A DNA stretch of 64,000 nucleotides from Blastocatellia bacterium (GTDB lineage: Bacteria > Acidobacteriota > Blastocatellia > UBA7656). This document shows positions 1-9,438 of this stretch, piece after piece; the stretch's first letter is position 1, and every line of letters begins with the position of its first letter. The notes under the pieces are model-generated. The model was not told where the DNA came from. It saw only the letters and a program-made list of their open reading frames with translations, and did not search any database. Position numbers and translations under genes: made by a program. The DNA lies in assembly GCA_963765495.1 (NCBI GenBank), contig CAVXWP010000001.1, positions 462,628-526,627 on the forward strand. Direction: 5' to 3'.

Positions 1-621
1 CCGATCTCGTTCATAGTGCAGTTGCTTGCGGCCATACCGTCTGTGGTTTATGGACTTTGGGGCATATTCGTGCTGGCTCCGCTTTTGAGAGAACACATCT
101 ATCCGGCGCTTCAGTCGACGCTCGGTTTTCTGCCGATTTTTCAGGGAAACTTAAACGGGCTCGGGCTGATGACGGCGGGGATAATCCTTTCGATCATGGT
201 CGTGCCAATTATCACATCGGTCACAACCGACGTGCTTGGGGCCGTGTCGAGTTCGCAAAGAGAAGCCTCGCTCGCGCTGGGCGCTACCAGATGGGAGGCG
301 ACACTTGTCGTCTTGCAGAACGCGAAATCGGGAATCACAGGGGCGATTATACTCGGGCTTGGGCGCGCTGTCGGAGAGACTATGGCCGTAACGATGGTCA
401 TCGGCAATCGCCCTGAGATATCGGCTTCGCTTTTCGATCCCTCGTATACGATTGCCTCGGCCATCGCAAACGAATTCACCGAGGCAACGACAGAGACGTA
501 TCGCCACGCGCTTGTCGAGCTTGGATTGATACTCTTTATCATCACCTTCATCATCAACGCGACTGCAAGGCTGCTGGTGTGGGGAGTGACCAGAGGCCAG
601 GGGAGAGCGGCTCATGCGTAG
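1..621 (+). CDS. pstC: Phosphate ABC transporter permease PstC (5' end outside the window)
   Basis: The ORF runs from the window edge. The translation is polytopic membrane protein (...GLWGIFVLAPLL..., ...EATTETYRHALVELGLILFIITFIINA) typical of PstC. It is followed by pstA and pstB in canonical order. Confidence 0.85.
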   Translation, partial: PISFIVQLLAAIPSVVYGLWGIFVLAPLLREHIYPALQSTLGFLPIFQGNLNGLGLMTAGIILSIMVVPIITSVTTDVLGAVSSSQREASLALGATRWEATLVVLQNAKSGITGAIILGLGRAVGETMAVTMVIGNRPEISASLFDPSYTIASAIANEFTEATTETYRHALVELGLILFIITFIINATARLLVWGVTRGQGRAAHA

Positions 622-1453
622 TCTCGGGCGTAGAAAGCTGTTGAGCCACACTATGACCGCGCTAATGACCGGGGCGGCGGTTATGGTGATCGGCGCGCTC
701 GTGGTCATACTCGGCTATATCGCCGTGACAGGCGTGCGCGAGTTGACTATCGGGTTCCTCATCAATGAACCAAAGCCCGTGGGCGAGCCGGGCAGCGGGA
801 TAGCCAACGCCATAGTCGGCACTCTGATCCTGATCGGGATCGCTTCCGTAATCGGGTTGCCCGTAGGCATACTGGGCGGGCTTTATCTGGCGGAGTTCAG
901 TTCGAATCGTTTCGGTCAGGTCCTGCGATTTTTGATAGACACGCTCACAGGGGTTCCATCCATAGTCGTCGGCGTATTCGCCTGGACTGTGATCGTCAGG
1001 CCGATGGGCCATTTTTCGGCGCTCGCGGGCGGAATGTCGCTTTCGATTTTGATGATGCCGATAGTGGCGCGCACGACCGAAGAGATGATTCGGCTCGTGC
1101 CGCACAGTATGCGCGAAGGGGCGCTGGCGCTTGGCGCACCCGTCTGGCGGGTCAGTCTTGGCGTCGTCTTGCGCGCGGCAGCAGGCGGCGTGGCGACAGG
1201 TGCGATGCTTGCAATCGCTCGCATCGCGGGCGAGACCGCGCCTCTGCTCTTTACAGCGCTCAGCTACAATTACATGAGCACGAACATCTATCAGCCCATG
1301 GCCTCGCTCACCTATCAGATATACTATTACGCAGGGTCGCCTTACGAGCAGTGGCATTCGATGGCCTGGGCGGCGACCCTCGTGCTGGTCGGGATGATTC
1401 TGGCTATCAACATAGTGGTGAGAGTGCTTACGAGAAACCGTCATCATGCGTGA
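614..1453 (+). CDS. pstA: Phosphate ABC transporter permease PstA
   Basis: A 279-aa multi-TM protein. Its start overlaps the pstC stop by 8 nt, suggesting translational coupling. It sits between pstC and the ATPase. Confidence 0.85.
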   Translation: MRSLGRRKLLSHTMTALMTGAAVMVIGALVVILGYIAVTGVRELTIGFLINEPKPVGEPGSGIANAIVGTLILIGIASVIGLPVGILGGLYLAEFSSNRFGQVLRFLIDTLTGVPSIVVGVFAWTVIVRPMGHFSALAGGMSLSILMMPIVARTTEEMIRLVPHSMREGALALGAPVWRVSLGVVLRAAAGGVATGAMLAIARIAGETAPLLFTALSYNYMSTNIYQPMASLTYQIYYYAGSPYEQWHSMAWAATLVLVGMILAINIVVRVLTRNRHHA

Positions 1454-1454
1454 T

Positions 1455-1552
1455 CCGTGAAGATTGATGCGTGAGACTTGCCGTTAGCCTTAAACAGGCT
1501 ATCCGACTGAAAGTCACGAATCACGAATCACGAATCGCGAATCACGGAATAC
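1455..1552. repeat. Family D element: heptamer (ATCACGA-type) arms around a core, in the pstA-pstB junction
   Basis: gatgcgtgagacttgccgttagcc...gtcacgaatcacgaatcacgaatcgcgaatcacg. Four direct CACGAAT heptamers lie immediately 5' of the pstB ATG. Confidence 0.75.
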
Positions 1553-1554
1553 TT

Positions 1555-2439
1555 ATGAATGAACAGCAAGAGCTGAAAAAGACGAGAGAAGATATGCAGA
1601 GCACCAAGGTAGTTCCAGACGTAGCCGCGCCGGTTCCAAGAACCGAAGTCCCGCCGCGCTCGGAGGCGGAAAAGAGACCGGCGGAAAAAAAGATCTGTGT
1701 CGAGAATCTGAATTTTTATTACGGGCGCACGCGGGCGCTCAGGGACATCTCGCTGACCATTCCTGAAAAACAGGTGACGGCCTTTATCGGCCCGTCGGGC
1801 TGCGGCAAATCTACGCTGCTGCGCACGCTCAATCGCATGAACGATGTCATACCGGGGACGCGCATCGAAGGCAAGATCACGCTCGACAGTCAGGATATTT
1901 ATGGTTCCGCGACCGATGTCGTATCGCTTCGGCGCAAGGTCGGCATGGTCTTTCAAAAATCGAACCCGTTTCCCCGCTCGATATTTGATAACGTGGCATA
2001 CGGGCTTAAAATCAATAAGATGACCGACTCGAAGGCAGAGATGGCCGAGCGGGTCGAGGCGAGCCTTCGCGGGGCGGCATTGTGGGACGAAGTAAAGAAT
2101 CGTTTAAAAGAATCCGCCTTTGGGCTTTCGGGCGGCCAGCAGCAGCGCCTCTGCATAGCGCGGGCGCTTGCCGTCGAGCCGGATGTGCTTTTGATGGATG
2201 AGCCCTGTTCGGCGCTCGACCCTATCGCCACGCAGAAGATCGAAGAGTTGATCGTTGATCTCAAGACGAAATACACGATAGTCATCGTGACGCACAACAT
2301 GCAGCAGGCCGCCCGCGTGTCGGATTTGACGGCCTTCTTCTGGCTCGGAGAGATGATAGAATTCAATACGACCGAAAAGATGTTTACAAAGCCGGATAAT
2401 AAGATGACGGAAGATTACATCACCGGCCGATTTGGATGA
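1555..2439 (+). CDS. pstB: Phosphate ABC transporter ATP-binding protein PstB
   Basis: Walker [25 protein letters not shown] signature and Walker B LLMDEP are present. ATG at 1555 was chosen; the longer ORF begins at 1471 and runs through a repeat element. The N-terminal extension of about 45 aa is unusual. Confidence 0.9.
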   Translation: MNEQQELKKTREDMQSTKVVPDVAAPVPRTEVPPRSEAEKRPAEKKICVENLNFYYGRTRALRDISLTIPEKQVTAFIGPSGCGKSTLLRTLNRMNDVIPGTRIEGKITLDSQDIYGSATDVVSLRRKVGMVFQKSNPFPRSIFDNVAYGLKINKMTDSKAEMAERVEASLRGAALWDEVKNRLKESAFGLSGGQQQRLCIARALAVEPDVLLMDEPCSALDPIATQKIEELIVDLKTKYTIVIVTHNMQQAARVSDLTAFFWLGEMIEFNTTEKMFTKPDNKMTEDYITGRFG

Positions 2440-2452
2440 TTTTGGTGGGTGA

Positions 2453-2548
2453 CAGGTGATGCGTGATGCGTAATTGACCAGGCTTGCAATTTGTCTTTTA
2501 CCGGCAGGCTCCCTACAGGTCACGTATCACGAATGACGCATCACTATT
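2453..2548. repeat. Family D element in the pstB-phoU spacer
   Basis: Arm gtgatgcgtgatgcgt, core aattgaccaggcttgcaatttgtctt, and arm cacgtatcacgaatgacgcatcac (inverted relative to the left arm). Confidence 0.75.
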
Positions 2549-2562
2549 CAGGATTTAAACAA

Positions 2563-3222
2563 ATGCATAACCGATTACTTGAACAGGACTTGAACCGGCT
2601 CAGAGACAGATTTCTCGTAATGGGCGGCGCAGCCGAGCGGGCTATTGCCGGGGCTACGCGCGCGCTCATTGAGCGCGACTCGGACCTTGCCGAGCGCATC
2701 ATTCACGAAGACGACGCGATAGATCAGATGGAGCTTGAACTTGACTCGATATGTGTTGATATTCTCGTGCTCAAGCAACCCGCGGCATCCGATCTGCGCT
2801 TCGTGATTTCGGCTGCGCGCACCGCTCCGGTCGTCGAGCGCATGGCCGATCACGCTGTCAACATCGCCAAGCACGCGCTTGAGCTAAACAACGAGCCGCA
2901 ACTTGACATGCACATAGATGTGGAACGCATGGCTATTGTTGTGCAAGAGATGCTGATAGATGGGCTTGATGCATTCACCTCGGGCGATCCGGAACGGGCG
3001 CGCATTACGATTGCCCGCGACGATGAGGTGGATTCGCTTTATGATCATCTTTACAGCCAGGTCATCGACGTAATGATGCGCGATGCGAGTGCGGTCGCGC
3101 GAGGAGCGCAGTGGCTATTTGTGCTGAAACATCTTGAGCGCATAGCCGACTACGTGACGAATATATGCGAACAGATAGTCTATATGGCGAGAGGCCAGGT
3201 GATAAAACATACAGTATGGTAG
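2563..3222 (+). CDS. phoU: Phosphate signalling complex protein PhoU
   Basis: A 219-aa helical protein (MHNRLLEQDLNRLRDRFL..., two PhoU-like repeats) lying directly after pstB. Confidence 0.85.
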   Translation: MHNRLLEQDLNRLRDRFLVMGGAAERAIAGATRALIERDSDLAERIIHEDDAIDQMELELDSICVDILVLKQPAASDLRFVISAARTAPVVERMADHAVNIAKHALELNNEPQLDMHIDVERMAIVVQEMLIDGLDAFTSGDPERARITIARDDEVDSLYDHLYSQVIDVMMRDASAVARGAQWLFVLKHLERIADYVTNICEQIVYMARGQVIKHTVW

Positions 3223-3950
3223 CAAGCGGCGACGAATCACGCTTACGCAAGGTTGTAATCGTCGAGGACGACGAAGACATCGGAGACTCGATACGCTACA
3301 ACCTTGAGCGGGAAGGCTTTCGAGTGAGGGTGGCAACGACGGGTGAAGATGCTTTGAATCTGATACTCGATTCGCCGCCCAACCTTATATTGCTCGATTT
3401 GAACCTGCCCCATATGAGCGGATTCGAGATGTGCCGCCGGCTGCGGGCTGAATCTACTACGGCGCGAGTGCCGATCCTGATACTTACGGCGCGGACGGAT
3501 GAATCGGATAAAGTGCTGGGATTGAATCTCGGAGCTGACGATTACATCACAAAGCCATTCAGCATGCGCGAGCTTGTGGCGCGTGTAAACGCCGTGTTGC
3601 GCCGCTCAGACGGAAGCGACATCGAGCGCCCAATCTATGACAACGGCGTGCTGATGATTGACCCGTCGACCTTCAACGTGCGCTGCGAAGGCAAGGATGT
3701 GCGTCTTACGCGAAAAGAGTTCGCGCTGCTTTCAGAGCTTGCGCGCAATCAGGGCCGGGTGATGACGCGCGAAGTCCTGCTCGACCGTGTGTGGGGACTC
3801 ACCTATTACGGCGATTCGCGCACGCTCGACGTGCACATAAGACGGCTGCGGCAAAAGCTCGGCAATCCCTCGCTGATAGAGACGGTCACGGGCGTAGGTT
3901 ATCGTCTGCACGACCCTCGGAAACAGACCGCGTCCGATGCATTTGAATAG
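3216..3950 (+). CDS. OmpR/PhoB-family response regulator (probable phosphate-regulon regulator)
   Basis: Receiver domain (VVIVEDDEDIGDSIRYNLEREGF, LLDLNLPHMSGFE) plus a winged-helix C-terminus (RLTRKEFALLSELARNQGRVMTREVLLDRVWG). ATG at 3216 overlaps the phoU stop (ATGGTAG). Confidence 0.8.
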   Translation: MVASGDESRLRKVVIVEDDEDIGDSIRYNLEREGFRVRVATTGEDALNLILDSPPNLILLDLNLPHMSGFEMCRRLRAESTTARVPILILTARTDESDKVLGLNLGADDYITKPFSMRELVARVNAVLRRSDGSDIERPIYDNGVLMIDPSTFNVRCEGKDVRLTRKEFALLSELARNQGRVMTREVLLDRVWGLTYYGDSRTLDVHIRRLRQKLGNPSLIETVTGVGYRLHDPRKQTASDAFE

Positions 3951-3989
3951 CTGGTTTCCTTCAGTCCGAGCCTTTATTTTGAGTGATAG

Positions 3990-5408
3990 ATGAAAGACCT
4001 TGCGCGACGAGTCCGAATGGTGACGGCGGCGGCGGTGGGAAGTTTTGCCCTCTACGAGCTGGTAAAGACGCTGCTTTATCCGGGCATGTCAGTCGTCGCT
4101 TCCCACATAATAACGGTATTTGTCGTAGGGACTATAACGTTCTTTGTCTCGCGGTATGCGCTGACCCGCTACAGCGCGGCGCTAAAGGAAATCGAGCGAC
4201 AGACTGAAATGACGGAGGAGACCAATCGTTTGCTATCGGCTGTGCTTGCCACTATGCGCGAGGGGGTGGTGATCGTAAATTCGCAGATGCATGTCGTGCT
4301 CTATAACAACGCGGCTGCGCGAATAGTGAAACTTCCTGACCCGACTGCCGACCCGGCTACGATCAGGGAGGATGATAAAACAAATGGTCGGGCGGGGAAC
4401 GGTCGAGCGGGAAACGGACGAGCCGACAACGGCGACGCCACGCCTCTTCCATCGGTGCCGGGGTTCTTCAATTCGCATCTGGATGCGACACAACATTACA
4501 GACTGGTGGATGCCACACGCGATCCCGCGATAAACGACGCTTTTCGCCGCTCTCTGGAAGAGCGAAAACAGGTTGAGACCAGAATAGAGATGACAGGGAT
4601 AGAGTCTCGCTCGTTTCAACTCAATGTCGCGCCGCTTGGACGCGAGCTTGCCGTAGGCGTCTTTTTCGACATAACGCAACTGGAACGGCTCGAACGCGTA
4701 CGTCGAGAATTTTTTGCCAACCTCTCGCACGAACTGCGCACGCCGCTTACGGCCATACTCGCATACGCCGAGACGCTTTTGACCGGGGCGATAGATGACC
4801 CGGAAAACAACTCCCGGTTTGTCAAAAAGCTGTACAAACACGCGGCGCGGATGAGCGAGTTGATTTCGGATATATCGGATTTATCGGCCATCGAATCGGG
4901 GCAGGTGAAGCTTTCGCTCGGACCCGTCCGATTGCGCAGCGTCGTAACGGATGTCATTGCGCTTGCCGAGGCTCGCCGAGGCGATTGCGATGCCAGGTTT
5001 GAGGTAGATGTTCCCGATGATTTACTGGTGGAAGCCGACCGCACACGAACAGAGCAGATACTTTATAACCTTATAGACAACGCGGTGAAGTTCAACCGTC
5101 CGGGCGGAACGGTCAGAGTTGAAGCGAAGGCGGGCGCGGGATTTGCCGTTATACACATCACAGACACAGGCGTGGGGATAGCCGCCGCCGACCTGCCGCG
5201 CGTCTTCGAGCGATTGTATCGCGCGGATAAATCGCGCTCGCGCAAGATCGAAGGGACGGGGCTGGGACTGGCTATCGTAAAGCACCTTGTGCAGGCGCAC
5301 GGCGGCGAGGTCTTTGCAACGAGCGAGGTGGGACGCGGCTCTCAGTTCGGTTTCACATTGCCATTGCCTGTCGCGCCGGAATTGACCTCCACGCAGTCTC
5401 ATCTCTAA
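3990..5408 (+). CDS. Sensor histidine kinase (probable PhoR)
   Basis: N-terminal TM helices, H-box FANLSHELRTPLT and an HATPase_c region (GTGLGLAIVKHLVQAHGGEV). Its position after phoU and the response regulator supports PhoR. It contains an in-frame GRAGNGRAGNGRADNG tandem repeat (4384-4430). Confidence 0.75.
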   Translation: MKDLARRVRMVTAAAVGSFALYELVKTLLYPGMSVVASHIITVFVVGTITFFVSRYALTRYSAALKEIERQTEMTEETNRLLSAVLATMREGVVIVNSQMHVVLYNNAAARIVKLPDPTADPATIREDDKTNGRAGNGRAGNGRADNGDATPLPSVPGFFNSHLDATQHYRLVDATRDPAINDAFRRSLEERKQVETRIEMTGIESRSFQLNVAPLGRELAVGVFFDITQLERLERVRREFFANLSHELRTPLTAILAYAETLLTGAIDDPENNSRFVKKLYKHAARMSELISDISDLSAIESGQVKLSLGPVRLRSVVTDVIALAEARRGDCDARFEVDVPDDLLVEADRTRTEQILYNLIDNAVKFNRPGGTVRVEAKAGAGFAVIHITDTGVGIAAADLPRVFERLYRADKSRSRKIEGTGLGLAIVKHLVQAHGGEVFATSEVGRGSQFGFTLPLPVAPELTSTQSHL

Positions 5409-5465
5409 ACCCTCCAGTGTTTTTGCGAATTTCAGGGCCATTTATAGCGGTCTTCACATGAAGGT

Positions 5466-5590
5466 AGCCTGTAGGGGCAGCCCGAATGAGTACATTTATT
5501 GTGGCTGCCCGAATCCGTCGTAAGCGCGATGACAGTCATCGCCCTTCGGGCGATTCGGGCAGGGACAAGCCCTGCCCCTACATTTATGCG
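5466..5590. repeat. Composite nested-palindrome element, family C copy
   Basis: Outer TIR tgtaggggcag/ctgcccctaca, inner gcccgaat/attcgggc, and central gcgatgacagtcatcgc. Located upstream of the Ser/Thr kinase gene. Confidence 0.8.
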
Positions 5591-5715
5591 GAAATTTGTA
5601 TAAATGGCTCTGGGCAAAATCTTTCTTTGCGGGCAGTCTCTCGGTTTTCGCCTTGACATCACCTGTCAAAAGAATAACCTTGCTTGAAAGGATTTTTTCT
5701 TAATGGCAGCCGATT

Positions 5716-7737
5716 ATGAGCAAGACACTTTCACACTATAATCTGGAAGAAGAGTTGGGTCGCGGCGGGATGGGGCGCGTCTATAAAGCCTATGACACGA
5801 CGCTCAACCGCATGGTGGTTCTCAAACTTCTTGCGCCCGATCTTCTGACCGATGCGGACTCGCGCAAGCGGTTTCTCAGAGAGGCGCGTCTCGCCTCGGC
5901 GCTTGATCATCCGAACATCTGCACTATATACGAGATCGCCGAAGCCGATAATCAGTACTTCATAACCATGCAGTACGTGCCGGGCAAGACGCTCAAGAAA
6001 GTGATAGGCACAAAGCCGCTTCCGCTCGACAGCCTGCTATCGATCTCGCTGCAAGTGGCCGACGGGCTGGCCGCGGCCCACGCAAAAGGAATAGTTCACC
6101 GCGATATAAAATCGAGCAATATCATAATTACCCCTCGAGGTCAGGCCAAAGTGCTCGATTTCGGTCTGGCCAAGCTGCTTTCCGATAAAGGGCGAGCGGC
6201 GGAAGCAAGAGAGCAGGTGGAGGAGTTGACAAGGCTTGGCGCGCCGCTCGGCACGCCTTCATACATGTCGCCCGAACAGGCGCGCGGCGACAGGTCGGAT
6301 CATCGCAGCGACATCTATTCGCTCGGCGTGGTGATATACGAGATGGCGGGCGGGCGACTGCCTTTCAAAAGAGAATCCAATGTCGAAACCATGCACGCCG
6401 TTATGCACGAAGCCTACAAGCCGCTTCTCGAGATCAACGACAAACTGCCGCCGGACCTGGCCAGGATCGTAGACCACGCGATGGCCAAAAAGCCCGGCGA
6501 CCGCTATCAGGCAATGCAGAAGATGCTCGGAGACCTGCAGGACGTGAATCGCGCGGTACGGCTTGGGGCCAGTGGAGTGCCTGACGGAATAACGGTTCCC
6601 TTCGTTTCTCCGAAGCGGCAGACTTTTTTCGGCTCGCTTAAACAGTTCATCGGTCGCCTCTTTTCCGGCAAGCCTGCGACAGAAATGAGCCCCTCGCAGA
6701 TGCCGTCTCCCAGGCGACCGTCGAGCGCCGCGCAGGAATTCTCTATAGTCAGCGGCACGCAAAAAGCGCTGGCCGTGCTGCCTTTTCGCAATCTGAGTGG
6801 CGACCCGCAGGCCGATTTTTACGGGCTTACGCTGGCCGATGGCCTTATCACTGAGCTTGCAAGAGCGAGGGCCGTCACCGTCATGCCTTTGAGTTACGTT
6901 ACAAAATATCAGAACCAGTCCATTGATCCCGCGCAGGTGCGTACGGAGATGAACGTGGATGTGATTCTGATGGGAAATTTCCTGAAGGCGGGCGAACGAC
7001 TTCGCGTGACCGCTCAACTGATAGATGCATCGGGCGGCGGTATCATCTGGAGCGAAAAGATAGACGCCGACGCCGAAGATGTGCTCGCGATTCAAGATCG
7101 CATATCACAGCAGATTATGAAGGGTCTGTCTGGCGGGCAGGTAGCCGTAGACCCAACCATTTTGCTTAAGGACGAGAATGAAGAAGTCCGTCTGGATGCG
7201 ATTCGCACGCTGAAGTTTTCGCACGACCCGCGCGCGCTTTCCGTCCTTGTCGAAGCTCTCAGGGACGCGAGCCTGAAGGTCAAAGCCGAAGCCGTACAGG
7301 CCATAGTCAAACTGGGAGAGCAGGCAACAGGCCCCGTCATCGGCATGCTCAACGATTCCATGGATGAAGGCGATTATCTGACCGCGCGTTTTGCCGCCAA
7401 GGCGCTCGGCCTTATCGGCGATAAAAGCATATCGGCGGTGCTCGTTGAATTGCTCAGGGGAGATGATAAATTTGTGGCCTGCGAGGCAGCGCTCGCGCTC
7501 GGAAGACTTGAAGAGACTAAAGCGGTTTCCGATCTGATCGAGTTGTTGGATGACGAAAATGGGAATATGCGTTTTGCGGCGGCCGAAGCCCTGGGCCAGA
7601 TATGCGACCCGGCTGCGCGCAGTGCGCTGCAAAAGCGACTGGGCGACGAAGACGAGGGCGTTCGGGCCAAAGCTCGATGGGCACTGAGCCGGTTGAAAAA
7701 AGCCAGGGTTCAGGCCCTCGCCGGGTCCGCCCTTTAA
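5716..7737 (+). CDS. Hanks-type Ser/Thr protein kinase with C-terminal HEAT/PBS-lyase repeats
   Basis: Kinase motifs GRGGMGRVYKA, HRDIKSSNIII, DFGLAK and GTPSYMSPE. The C-terminal third carries repeated HEAT-like units (EEVRLDAIRTLKF..., ...MRFAAAEALGQI). Confidence 0.85.
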   Translation: MSKTLSHYNLEEELGRGGMGRVYKAYDTTLNRMVVLKLLAPDLLTDADSRKRFLREARLASALDHPNICTIYEIAEADNQYFITMQYVPGKTLKKVIGTKPLPLDSLLSISLQVADGLAAAHAKGIVHRDIKSSNIIITPRGQAKVLDFGLAKLLSDKGRAAEAREQVEELTRLGAPLGTPSYMSPEQARGDRSDHRSDIYSLGVVIYEMAGGRLPFKRESNVETMHAVMHEAYKPLLEINDKLPPDLARIVDHAMAKKPGDRYQAMQKMLGDLQDVNRAVRLGASGVPDGITVPFVSPKRQTFFGSLKQFIGRLFSGKPATEMSPSQMPSPRRPSSAAQEFSIVSGTQKALAVLPFRNLSGDPQADFYGLTLADGLITELARARAVTVMPLSYVTKYQNQSIDPAQVRTEMNVDVILMGNFLKAGERLRVTAQLIDASGGGIIWSEKIDADAEDVLAIQDRISQQIMKGLSGGQVAVDPTILLKDENEEVRLDAIRTLKFSHDPRALSVLVEALRDASLKVKAEAVQAIVKLGEQATGPVIGMLNDSMDEGDYLTARFAAKALGLIGDKSISAVLVELLRGDDKFVACEAALALGRLEETKAVSDLIELLDDENGNMRFAAAEALGQICDPAARSALQKRLGDEDEGVRAKARWALSRLKKARVQALAGSAL

Positions 7738-7782
7738 CCTGAAACCATTAAGCATTCCAGGCCGAAGCAGGAGAGAGTCAGG

Positions 7783-8748
7783 ATGCCGGATCTAAAAAAG
7801 CTATATGTTGGGCTGGATGTTGGGCGCACCATCCGAGGGGCGCTTGTCGATGAAGAGGGTCACATACTAAAACGATGTCAAATAGTAACCGAGGTGAGCA
7901 ACCCGCAGGTTTTTATTGATCAGCTTGTAGATGTTATCAACGGGCTGCGCGCCTCTGTAGAAACCGAAGGCAAGGTCTCTGCCGTGGGCATAGGATGGGC
8001 GGGCATGGTGAACCAGAAAGCTCAACGAGTCGAGGTTATGCCGAACCTTGTGGATATGTCGTCTTTTGCTCTACACGAGGAACTAGAAAAGGCCACAAAA
8101 CTGCCTGTCGTATTCGATAATGATGCCAACGTAGCTGCCTACGGCGAATGGCGATGTGGCGCGGCCCGAGGGTCGAGCGATGTCTTTTATGTCACTATGG
8201 GCACAGGCATAGGCGCGGCCTTGATTCTGGGGGGGCAACTCCAGAGAGGCACGCGCGGTTTTGCGGGCGAATTCGGACACTTCAAAATAGAGATGGATGG
8301 ATTGGAATGCGCCTGCGGCTCAACGGGCTGTCTTGAGACGCTGGCCTCCGGCCCCAACATCGTACGGAGGGTGCGGGAACAGCTCTTCAGCGATCCTTCA
8401 TATTCGATCTCGCATCTTGCTAAAGACATGGAAGGCACGCTGGTATGCGAACGGGTTTTTCAGGCCGCGAGCGAAGAAGATGAACTTGCGCGGTTAGTCC
8501 TCGAAGAGACCGGAAAGATACTGGGCACCGCTATAGCGAGCGTGATCAATCTGTTGAATGTGGAAGCAGTGGTTCTGGGCGGCGGCGTGATGGCCGAGGG
8601 AAAGTTGTTGCTTGAGCCTGTCAGAGAAGAGACTAAGAAACGTACCATGGCCCCCGCCTTTGAAAGCTGTCGTATAATTGCTGCCGAACTGGGACAGGAC
8701 GCGGGAATAATCGGCGCTGCGCTGCTGGCTTGTGATCTGCTGCAATGA
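7783..8748 (+). CDS. ROK family sugar kinase / glucokinase-like
   Basis: N-terminal LYVGLDVGRTIRGALVD ATP-binding loop and the ROK zinc motif CACGSTGCLETLASG. Confidence 0.7.
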   Translation: MPDLKKLYVGLDVGRTIRGALVDEEGHILKRCQIVTEVSNPQVFIDQLVDVINGLRASVETEGKVSAVGIGWAGMVNQKAQRVEVMPNLVDMSSFALHEELEKATKLPVVFDNDANVAAYGEWRCGAARGSSDVFYVTMGTGIGAALILGGQLQRGTRGFAGEFGHFKIEMDGLECACGSTGCLETLASGPNIVRRVREQLFSDPSYSISHLAKDMEGTLVCERVFQAASEEDELARLVLEETGKILGTAIASVINLLNVEAVVLGGGVMAEGKLLLEPVREETKKRTMAPAFESCRIIAAELGQDAGIIGAALLACDLLQ

Positions 8749-8787
8749 TGCGCGATCCGTGATCCGTGACCGGAGAATCGGGTTTTT

Positions 8788-8850
8788 GGCAGGATTTACA
8801 AGATTTACAATACTTGGGACATAGAGTTAAAGAATCCCGTTAATCCGGTT
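8788..8850. repeat. Degenerate family B copy, preceded by a family D arm fragment (8745-8770), at the boundary of the low-GC islet
   Basis: tgatgcgcgatccgtgatccgtga, then ggcaggatttacaagatttacaa...aatcccgttaatccggttaaag. Confidence 0.5.
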
Positions 8851-8885
8851 AAAGATTTTTTCACGGATCAACTTCATTCGTTGTT

Positions 8886-9313
8886 TTATTCTTTTCGCCT
8901 TATCTCCCTCAGACTGGCCTTATATTGATTGAAGGCGAACAGGTATTTATAAGTCCAGCTAAAGGCAATTTCGACGGCGCGACGTGCTGTCTGGTTGGCC
9001 GCTATTATTCCTGCCGGCCCTTGCCGGAGAGCAGTCAGGATCGATCCCATTATTGATTGATAGCGTTTGTTGCTGCTCTCTTTTGCCACCTTCTCAATCA
9101 ATTGCAAATCCGACTCGTTAAGTTCGCCTCCAATTGGCGAGCCGGTTACATCGCTTACAACCTGCATCCTTCCCGCCATTACATTTATCTGGTTGACAGG
9201 CAATTTTTCAATGAATTTACGGATTTCGGTTTCAGGGACCAGATAACCCTCGGAATAAGTAACAAATTCGGATTTTGTTTTTGTGCCAGTATCCCTTTTT
9301 TCTGGTATACTCA
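8886..9313 (-). CDS. Hypothetical protein (ORFan, low-GC islet)
   Basis: ORF with GGAG 6-7 nt upstream of ATG (MSIPEKRDTG...). Local GC is clearly lower than its surroundings. No recognisable motif. Confidence 0.45.
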
Positions 9314-9438
9314 TAGCCGTTCTCCGGTATGCAAGCGTGTTTTTGGACAAACCAATCCCTTTACACGGCTGTGTGCAGTTGAGCCCGGGTGGGTCATCGG
9401 GCAACGATGGCCCACCTCAAGATATAGGTTTTGAAGGT

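Noticed and set aside
1500-1552. CACGAAT x4 direct repeats upstream of pstB as canonical Pho boxes
   Set aside because: Pho boxes are 7-bp repeats on an 11-bp period. Here the period is 7 bp, and the same repeat occurs at unrelated loci.
2466-2500. Family D core ttgaccaggcttgcaa as a sigma-54 promoter (-24/-12)
   Set aside because: The GG to GC spacing is 4 nt rather than the required ~10 nt, so it does not match TGGCAC-N5-TTGCA.
3983-4207. 74-aa ORF overlapping the start of the histidine kinase gene
   Set aside because: It is out of frame and overlaps a strongly supported gene, with a Gly-codon run from GC-rich sequence.
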